From Burkholderiales bacterium (GTDB taxonomy: Bacteria > Pseudomonadota > Gammaproteobacteria > Burkholderiales > Usitatibacteraceae), in the NCBI GenBank assembly GCA_031427395.1, contig JANPNJ010000342.1, positions 1 to 33,714 of the forward strand: a DNA stretch of 33,714 bases, in the 5' to 3' direction. The position numbers and the translations under genes were made by a program. Numbering within the stretch: the stretch's first letter is position 1; each line of letters begins with the position of its first letter. Of the stretch, positions 18,387 to 25,323 are shown in pieces. The notes below the pieces were generated by a model. The model was not told the DNA's origin. It did no database searches and saw only the letters and a list, made by a program, of their open reading frames with translations.

Positions 18387-19508
18387 ATGTCATTGCATAA
18401 ACCCAATCGGGTCGTCGTTGGCCTTTCTGGCGGTGTTGATTCCGCTGTCACCGCCCTGTTGCTCAAGCAACAGGGCTGGGATGTCGTTGGCCTGTTCATG
18501 AAAAACTGGGAGGATGATGACGATGACGAATATTGCTCGACACGCCAGGACTTCATCGATGCCGCCGCCGCCGCGGATGTGATTGGCATTGATTTTGAGG
18601 CGGTCAATTTCGCGGCCGAATACAAGGATCGGGTGTTCGCCGAATTCTTGCGCGAGTATGCGGCGGGCAGAACACCCAACCCCGACGTGCTGTGCAACGC
18701 AGAAATAAAATTCAAGGCATTTCTCGATCATGCGGTGCGCATGGGCGCGGCCAAAATCGCCACCGGCCACTACGCCCGCATCCGCCAGGCCGACAGCCAA
18801 TTCGAATTGCTCAAAGGACTGGATGCCACCAAGGATCAAAGTTATTTTCTCCACCGACTGACCCAGGCGCAATTGTCGAAGGCGCTGTTCCCGGTAGGCG
18901 AATTGGAAAAACGCGAGGTGCGGCGCATCGCCCTGCAGGCGGGGTTGCCGAATCACGCCAAAAAGGATTCCACCGGCATTTGTTTTATCGGTGAGCGGCC
19001 GTTTCGTGAGTTTCTGGAACGTTATCTGCCAAGACAACCCGGTGCGATAGTCACCCCCGACGGCAAACCAGTGGGGCAACACCAGGGGTTGATGTATTAC
19101 ACCATCGGCCAGCGGCAGGGTCTGGGCATCGGCGGGAGAAAAAATGCCGCCGGCTCACCCTGGTTTGTCGTCGGCAAACATTTGCCCAGCAATGAATTGG
19201 TGGTGGTACAGGGCCATGACCATCCGCTATTGCAAAAATCGACGCTTGATGCCGGTGCCGTGTCATGGATTGCCGGTGCCGTGCCCGTCACGGACGACAA
19301 GGGTGGCACGAACGACAAAGGTGGTACATACGCCGCCAAGACCCGTTATCGGCAAGCCGATGCCCGCTGTTCCCTCACCCTTGCCACGCCTGGCAACAAC
19401 CATGATTTTTCCCTGAATTTTGTCCAGCCGCAGTGGGCCATCACGCCGGGCCAGTCGGCGGTTTTGTACCAAGGGGAAATTTGCCTGGGCGGCGGGATTA
19501 TTGTCTGA
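18387..19508 (+). CDS. mnmA: tRNA 2-thiouridine(34) synthase MnmA
   Basis: Track ORF trimmed to ATG 18387. PP-loop [13 protein letters not shown], then [40 protein letters not shown] and [19 protein letters not shown]. Confidence 0.95.
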   Translation: MSLHKPNRVVVGLSGGVDSAVTALLLKQQGWDVVGLFMKNWEDDDDDEYCSTRQDFIDAAAAADVIGIDFEAVNFAAEYKDRVFAEFLREYAAGRTPNPDVLCNAEIKFKAFLDHAVRMGAAKIATGHYARIRQADSQFELLKGLDATKDQSYFLHRLTQAQLSKALFPVGELEKREVRRIALQAGLPNHAKKDSTGICFIGERPFREFLERYLPRQPGAIVTPDGKPVGQHQGLMYYTIGQRQGLGIGGRKNAAGSPWFVVGKHLPSNELVVVQGHDHPLLQKSTLDAGAVSWIAGAVPVTDDKGGTNDKGGTYAAKTRYRQADARCSLTLATPGNNHDFSLNFVQPQWAITPGQSAVLYQGEICLGGGIIV

Positions 19509-19625
19509 CCCCACAATCAGGGGATTGGTGAGCGAGCTCGTTGATTTTGGCATCGGCACAAGATTGTCCCGCCTTCATGCGTTGGCTCAGGTAAGATTCC
19601 GCGAACAGCTCAAAGGATCCGGACA

Positions 19626-20378
19626 ATGGGAAAGCTTGGCGACATACTGAAAAAAGACGTAGGCAGCCTTGCCAACAAAGTGTTGAAGGCGGATGTCGGC
19701 GACCTGGTAAAAGGCGCGGGACGGATGCTCAACACCGACGTGTCCACCATCGCCAAAGGCGCAGGCAATGTCTTGACTTATGATTTGGGTGATCTCTTTG
19801 CCGGCGAAGTCAATCCATCCGGGCAACCTGCATCGCCAAGTCCGCAGGCAGGCGTCACCCCTTCCGCCAACCCGACGGCAGCGCCCACAGCCGCACCGGC
19901 TGTTTCTCCGCCGCCCGCCGAGAAATCGGCCACAGCGGCGACCCCTGCCGCCAACGCCAATCCCGCGCAGCGCGCCAAACTCACCGACGCACTGGTGACC
20001 CGTCGCACCCGCGCCATGCCTGACGGCAGCAAACTCACCACCCTGCTGCCGACCAAGGTCGGGACGTTTTCGCGCATGGTCAATGCGACGGAGGGAGAAA
20101 TTGCCAGCGACCCGGTGAGCGCCACCTACAGCAATGATATCGAAGCTGTCACCATCACACTCATCTCGTGCTGGGATGCCGAGGAGGCAAAAGGCCAGAT
20201 GCAACGGCGCCAGGGCACCCTCGAAAATGCACGTTCGACACCCGATAATGCGTGGGTGGCGGGCATCGACTCCCATGGCGTGATATTCATCTGGACGCGT
20301 GAGCAATATTGTTTTGAAGTGGCGTCACCACGCGGGGTGTCTGCGCTGGCGAGATTTCTGGCGGATTTTCCGTACTGA
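19626..20378 (+). CDS. Hypothetical protein (amphipathic N-terminal repeats, Pro/Ala linker, ~130-aa C-terminal domain)
   Basis: 250-aa ORF with AGGA upstream and no signal peptide or TM segment. No family recognised. Coding status supported only by length, RBS and non-overlap with better genes. Confidence 0.5.
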   Translation: MGKLGDILKKDVGSLANKVLKADVGDLVKGAGRMLNTDVSTIAKGAGNVLTYDLGDLFAGEVNPSGQPASPSPQAGVTPSANPTAAPTAAPAVSPPPAEKSATAATPAANANPAQRAKLTDALVTRRTRAMPDGSKLTTLLPTKVGTFSRMVNATEGEIASDPVSATYSNDIEAVTITLISCWDAEEAKGQMQRRQGTLENARSTPDNAWVAGIDSHGVIFIWTREQYCFEVASPRGVSALARFLADFPY

Positions 20379-20385
20379 ACAACCG

Positions 20386-21606
20386 TCACCATTTGCAGCC
20401 GTCGCCCTTTACAGCATCACGCAACAGCGGCACGATGGCAGCCAGCCCCAGGGCGGTGTATTCCTCCTTGCAATCGGGGCGCTTTAATGCCTTGTCAAAT
20501 ATTTTTTCCATTGGCCGCTTTGGTGACTCTTGTGCCACTGTCGGAAACGGCAACACAGTACGCGCCCCCGCCCCCTCGACCGCCAATTGGCGCGCACGCT
20601 GTCGCAGGCTGTCCAAATCAAGCGCCGGCATCGGTGGAACAACCGGCAACAACGACATTGCCGGGCTCGGAATGCCAGCCGAGGCGCCTGCCGGTGCCAG
20701 TGCGTCCTGGCCTGCCTGGCCCGACCGAGTTGTCGGCGGTGGCTGCCTGGATGGTGGCTTTGCTTCGACGCCACCGGTATCGGTTCTTGTCGGCACGGGT
20801 GCGGCTGGTTCGCCAGACACCATTTCACTCGCCGCCGCAGGCACGACAACAGGCTGGCTGTCAACACGTGCCAACGGTTTTTGATCGGCGGGTTTGGGCG
20901 GCGCGATTGGCATTGCGACAGGCGACACTGCCCGGACAATATCCGCAACGGCAGGCATCGGCTCAGGAGGTGCAGGGACTGCAACAGGCACGACAGGCGG
21001 TGGCGCGACAAATGTCTGCAATTCACGAATCGGCGGTATTTCGGTGAGCCTCGGCAACGCGGGCGTGGCGAATGGCTTGGTGTTTGATTCAACCGTGGTG
21101 CGCCCGTCCAAGGGTGCAACATAGATGGCAAATCCGCGTTCATCTGTCGCCGCAACCGGTGTTGCCTGCAGCCTCGGCATCAACACCACCGCAGGCTGCG
21201 CGGCGGACTCGGGTGCCGACAATGGCGCCAAATTGATCGGTGGCACCACAAAATCACCCACCGGCTTGTGCACTTCCACGGCCAGCAAGGCAAGCGGTGC
21301 AATCGGGGTTTGCGCCTCGGCGGCCAGCACTGGTTCTGGCTGTTGCACCACCGCCACAACCGGCGCAACAGTTGCCGCATCTTCGGGGAATGTGGTCGTA
21401 TTTTTTCGGCCTAGGGCCTCGGTTGTTTTTTTTGCAGGCGCACTGGCCGTCGGCGGCAGGAGACGCAAGCTGGCGAAAAACGCCGACCCCCGCAACACCG
21501 CACCACTACCCGCCCCCCCCGCTGCATCACCAAACAAAGTGACGGCCCAGACATGCAGCAACACCGACAACAAAACGAATTGCCGCATCGACGGCCGGTC
21601 GGTCAT
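20386..21606 (-). CDS. Membrane-anchored proline-rich protein with TonB/TolA-like N-terminal SxxxH helix and Cys-pair C-terminus (hypothetical)
   Basis: Track ORF 20386..21768 trimmed to ATG 21606 (ATG 21588 is an alternative). TM helix RQFVLLSVLLHVWAVTLFG, then about 300 aa of Pro/Ala/Val-rich sequence. C-terminus is KRPDCKEEYTALGLAAIVPLLRDAVKGDGCKW. Confidence 0.6.
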   Translation of the reverse strand: MTDRPSMRQFVLLSVLLHVWAVTLFGDAAGGAGSGAVLRGSAFFASLRLLPPTASAPAKKTTEALGRKNTTTFPEDAATVAPVVAVVQQPEPVLAAEAQTPIAPLALLAVEVHKPVGDFVVPPINLAPLSAPESAAQPAVVLMPRLQATPVAATDERGFAIYVAPLDGRTTVESNTKPFATPALPRLTEIPPIRELQTFVAPPPVVPVAVPAPPEPMPAVADIVRAVSPVAMPIAPPKPADQKPLARVDSQPVVVPAAASEMVSGEPAAPVPTRTDTGGVEAKPPSRQPPPTTRSGQAGQDALAPAGASAGIPSPAMSLLPVVPPMPALDLDSLRQRARQLAVEGAGARTVLPFPTVAQESPKRPMEKIFDKALKRPDCKEEYTALGLAAIVPLLRDAVKGDGCKW

Positions 21607-21832
21607 GTATGGCCGGTAAATGCGATGGGATGGGACGTGTCGGATTGGGAATGAGAGTCGCGGCATACCTGCCAAGCTGCGCAATGGCCAGCCGATAGCA
21701 TAGCGTATCCACCGGCTTGCCATCGATTTTGCCTTGCGGTGGCACAGCCACGATATGCGTGAAAACAATATTGTCCGACTGCGCGTATAGTTTCGGCTTC
21801 GCCTGCCGCGCCAACGTCTTTTCCCATATCAA

Positions 21833-24370
21833 ATGTTCAACAAGATTTTCAAAAGCAATGAGGCAGAGCCGGTGACGGCACAGGCCACCGCCGCTGACCC
21901 TTCCGACCAAACCGACTGGCTCGCCAAGCTACACGCCGCAGGCGGCGATGAGCAGGCGTTGCTGGCCATTGCCATGGACCGGGACAACGCCCCGCTCAAA
22001 ATCCGCCAGGCTGCGGTTGAGGCCATGCAATCCGAGGATGCCTTGAAAGCGGCGGAACGCGAATTTCGGGACCATGACCGCCGCATCCACCGCGAAGCCA
22101 AACTGCGCCTCGAAACTGTGGTCGCGCGGCGACTGGCCAGGGCCTTGGCCGACCAATTGATTGCCGATGCCCATGCCCTGTTTGCGCAAGCACACATTCC
22201 CGCCAATCGTTTTGTCGAAATTGACCGTGGCTGGCAGGCGCTGGACGCCGCCTTGCTGGACTCGGCGCAAATTGCCGGATTTGACACGGTCAGCACACAA
22301 ATTGCCCAGGTTTTGCGCTCGCGCGGCGATCAGCAATCGTTGATCAAACGCTGGACACACGAGGCTGACCTCGCCCTGGCCGAATTGCAGGCGGGCTCGA
22401 TTGCCGTGGCCGAAACCGGTCTGGAGCGGGACAAGCTCGCCGCCGCCTATGACGCCGTCAACCTGGCGCGGGAAAATGCGCCTCTGATGACTGACCAGGA
22501 TGCCAGGTCGCGCGACATCAATCACAAAATCATGCTGCTGGATGCCGCGCTGCAACTGGCGAGGGCGCTTGACGCCCGTCTGACCCACATCGACAAATTG
22601 GCTGCCGACGCCACCAACGCCAACGATGACCCGGCAGCCTGGCATGGCCTGCCGCCGGTCGCCGACACCAAAATCGCCGGCCTGCTCAGCGCACGCCACG
22701 ACGCCATTCGCCGCACCCGGCAACAGTCACGCGATGTCATGTCGCGCGCGGCAAAAGAAGCGGTGGACGAAAAAGACAAGGCCCGGCGGCAGGCCAAGCT
22801 GGCCACCCTGAATGAATTGCTGACGGGTGCCGAATCGGCCCTTGCAACAGGACAAGTGGTCGATGCCGCCGCCGCCCTCACCACCATCGAAGCCACACTC
22901 AAAGGTGCGCACGCCAACCCAAAATTGCTTGGTCGCGTGGATGCGCTGCGTGCCGAAATCACCCGCCTCAAAGGCTGGCAGCACTGGGGTGGCGGTCGCG
23001 CGCGTGAAGATTTGGCGGCGGAAGCCGAGACACTGGCCAAAGCCATCACCGACGAAAAACTGCATATCAAATCCCACGCCGATGCCATCGAAAAACTGCG
23101 CGAACGCTGGAAGGAACTCGACAAACTCGGCGGTGCCACCAGCCGTGATTTATGGGGAAAATTTGACGGTGCGCTGAAGACGGCGTATTTGCCGGTGTCC
23201 GCGCAACTGGCCAAACTCAAGGCAGTGCGCCAGGAAAACCTGGCGGCACGCAATCAATTGATCACCGCCCTGGACGCTGTCAGCGTGACCGCGGACGCGG
23301 CATCCACCGCCGCCACGCTGCGGGATTGGGCGCGCGCGCTGGAACACTTCCAGACCGAGTGGCGCAAACTGGGGCCGGTTGAACACACGGTTCCGCACAA
23401 GGCGCAGGCGGCCTTGCTGGAGCGCATGAAAGCAGCCATGGCGAGGCTGGAATCCCCGCTCAACGACAGCCGCCGTGTCGAGGCGCTCAAGCGCGAACAA
23501 CTGATTGCCCGCGCCAAGGCATTAAGCACCGACAGCCAGCAACGCGACACCATCATCAAAGTGCGGGAATTGCAAACCGAGTGGCAACAACACGCCAAGG
23601 CATTGCCGTTGCAGCGCAATGTCGAGAATCGGCTGTGGGCCGAATTCAAAGCCGCCACCGATGCCATATTCCACGCGCGTGATGCCGCAAACTCGGCCAG
23701 GGACGCGGTGTTTCAGACCAATGCCACATTGCGCACCGAGCTGATCAACAAGCTCACCGCCCTCACCGCCGACACCCCGCCCGGCGAAATCAAACGCACC
23801 ATTGCCGAGGTCGATAGCGCCTGGCGGCGCGCGGGCGAAGCACCGCGTGCACTGGAAGCCAAGCTGGAAGCGCGGTTCCGCCGTGCGCGTGATGATGCCC
23901 AACAATTTTCAGCGGGCAGCGCCAAACGCACTTGGCAAAAAACCTGCGAGAGTTTGCATGCCAAGCTGGCACTTTGTGTCGAGCTTGAAAACAACACAGG
24001 CAACGTCGGCAACACCCGCGAAAGTTGGCAGGCGCTGCCCGCCCTCGCTGACATCTGGGAAAAACCCCTGCACACCCGCTTTGATGCCGCCCTTGTCGGC
24101 CAGCCCGTCTCCGTGCCGCAAGACGAAACGTTGTTGAAACTCGAGGCCGCGCTGGATATGGAGTCACCGCCCGCTTTCCAGGCGGCGCGCCGTGAAATGA
24201 AATTGCGCGCGATGAAAAATGCCATCGAGGCGCGTCAGGCCGTGACTGTCACCAACGCCGACATTGAAAAATGGATCGCGGTGGTCATTGCCGCGCCACT
24301 GGGTGATGCCGTGGCGGCGGCACGTCTGCAAAATATTTTGGCGGCGCTGCCTGGCAAGCCTCTGCGTTGA
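21833..24370 (+). CDS. DUF349 domain-containing protein
   Basis: 845 aa, helical and Ala/Arg/Glu-rich. Repeated DUF349-type modules are present (LRERWKELDKLGG...LWGKFDGALK; HFQTEWRKLGPVEH; VRELQTEWQQHAKALP...LWAEFKAATDAIF; VDSAWRRAGEAPR...LEARFRRARD). Confidence 0.75.
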   Translation: MFNKIFKSNEAEPVTAQATAADPSDQTDWLAKLHAAGGDEQALLAIAMDRDNAPLKIRQAAVEAMQSEDALKAAEREFRDHDRRIHREAKLRLETVVARRLARALADQLIADAHALFAQAHIPANRFVEIDRGWQALDAALLDSAQIAGFDTVSTQIAQVLRSRGDQQSLIKRWTHEADLALAELQAGSIAVAETGLERDKLAAAYDAVNLARENAPLMTDQDARSRDINHKIMLLDAALQLARALDARLTHIDKLAADATNANDDPAAWHGLPPVADTKIAGLLSARHDAIRRTRQQSRDVMSRAAKEAVDEKDKARRQAKLATLNELLTGAESALATGQVVDAAAALTTIEATLKGAHANPKLLGRVDALRAEITRLKGWQHWGGGRAREDLAAEAETLAKAITDEKLHIKSHADAIEKLRERWKELDKLGGATSRDLWGKFDGALKTAYLPVSAQLAKLKAVRQENLAARNQLITALDAVSVTADAASTAATLRDWARALEHFQTEWRKLGPVEHTVPHKAQAALLERMKAAMARLESPLNDSRRVEALKREQLIARAKALSTDSQQRDTIIKVRELQTEWQQHAKALPLQRNVENRLWAEFKAATDAIFHARDAANSARDAVFQTNATLRTELINKLTALTADTPPGEIKRTIAEVDSAWRRAGEAPRALEAKLEARFRRARDDAQQFSAGSAKRTWQKTCESLHAKLALCVELENNTGNVGNTRESWQALPALADIWEKPLHTRFDAALVGQPVSVPQDETLLKLEAALDMESPPAFQAARREMKLRAMKNAIEARQAVTVTNADIEKWIAVVIAAPLGDAVAAARLQNILAALPGKPLR

Positions 24371-24378
24371 TTCGCGGA

Positions 24379-25323
24379 ATGAAATTCAGCCTGTCCATCG
24401 CCGCCCTGCTGTGTGTGTTCGGCAGTGCGCCCGCGCCACAAGCGTGGGCACAAACAGCAGAGTCCGCCGCGACAGCCACACTTCCCCAACCCTACAAAAT
24501 CGAACGTTTCAGCCGTCCCGGCCCCATGGTGGGTGTGGTTGCCGCCATCAATCTGGCGCACCCGCAGGTGAAAATAAAAGTGGCGCTCGCCGACGATGTG
24601 GATCCGGACGGTGATGGCCCGTGTGTCGGGCAGCTCGACACCCCCAGCAATACCGCCCGCAAAAATGAATTCGCAATCACGCTCAATGCCAGTTTTTTTG
24701 CCGCACCCCATGTCAAACAAATGGATGGGCAGAAAGTGCGTTATTACGTTGGCAATTGCACCATGCCGGTTGGCTGGCATGTCGCGTCCGGCAAAACACT
24801 GGCCACCCCCGCCAATGAAAAACTGCGCGCCACCATGTTGGTGATGGAAGACGGCAGTGTGGCGCTCAAGGCTGATGTGCAGGTGTTGCCGCCGAAAACA
24901 AAATATGCCGTCAGTGGCAATGTCATGGCGCTGCTGAATGGCGACATCGTCGCCCGGGACAAGAACGGGGTGCGTCATCCGCGCAGCGCGGTCGGCATCA
25001 GCGCCAACGGAAAAACCCTCTACCTGGTTGCCGTGGACGGCCGACAGGAAAAGCACAGTATTGGCGCCAACATGTTCGAGCTGGGGGAGTTGATGAAACA
25101 AATCGGCGCGCATGACGCCATCAACCTCGACGGCGGTGGCAGCACGGCGATGGTGGTCAAAGACGTGCGCACCGGCACCTACGCCCTCGCCAATCAGCCA
25201 TCAGAGTTGTCCACCGACGGCTTTGCGGTTCGCATGGAGCGTCCCGTTGCCGATGTCATCGGCATCATTCTGGAAACAGCGGAAAATTCCAAGCGGCCAG
25301 TCAATAGTAATACCCAAAAATAA
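24379..25323 (+). CDS. Exported phosphodiester glycosidase family protein (DUF2233/NAGPA-like)
   Basis: ATG 24379, 8 nt after the DUF349 stop. Signal peptide MKFSLSIAALLCVFGSAPAPQAWA/Q. Family motifs RSAVGISANGKTLYLVAVDGR and HDAINLDGGGSTAMV. Confidence 0.7.
   Translation: MKFSLSIAALLCVFGSAPAPQAWAQTAESAATATLPQPYKIERFSRPGPMVGVVAAINLAHPQVKIKVALADDVDPDGDGPCVGQLDTPSNTARKNEFAITLNASFFAAPHVKQMDGQKVRYYVGNCTMPVGWHVASGKTLATPANEKLRATMLVMEDGSVALKADVQVLPPKTKYAVSGNVMALLNGDIVARDKNGVRHPRSAVGISANGKTLYLVAVDGRQEKHSIGANMFELGELMKQIGAHDAINLDGGGSTAMVVKDVRTGTYALANQPSELSTDGFAVRMERPVADVIGIILETAENSKRPVNSNTQK

Noticed and set aside
21527-21910. 127-aa minus-strand ORF covering the divergent intergenic region; part of it looks protein-like (KPKLYAQSDNIVFTHIVAVPPQGKIDGKPVDTLCYRLAIAQLGRY)
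   Set aside because: It would overlap the 5' ends of both flanking genes (about 80 nt each), and no family was recognised. A gene remnant cannot be excluded, but I cannot support it.
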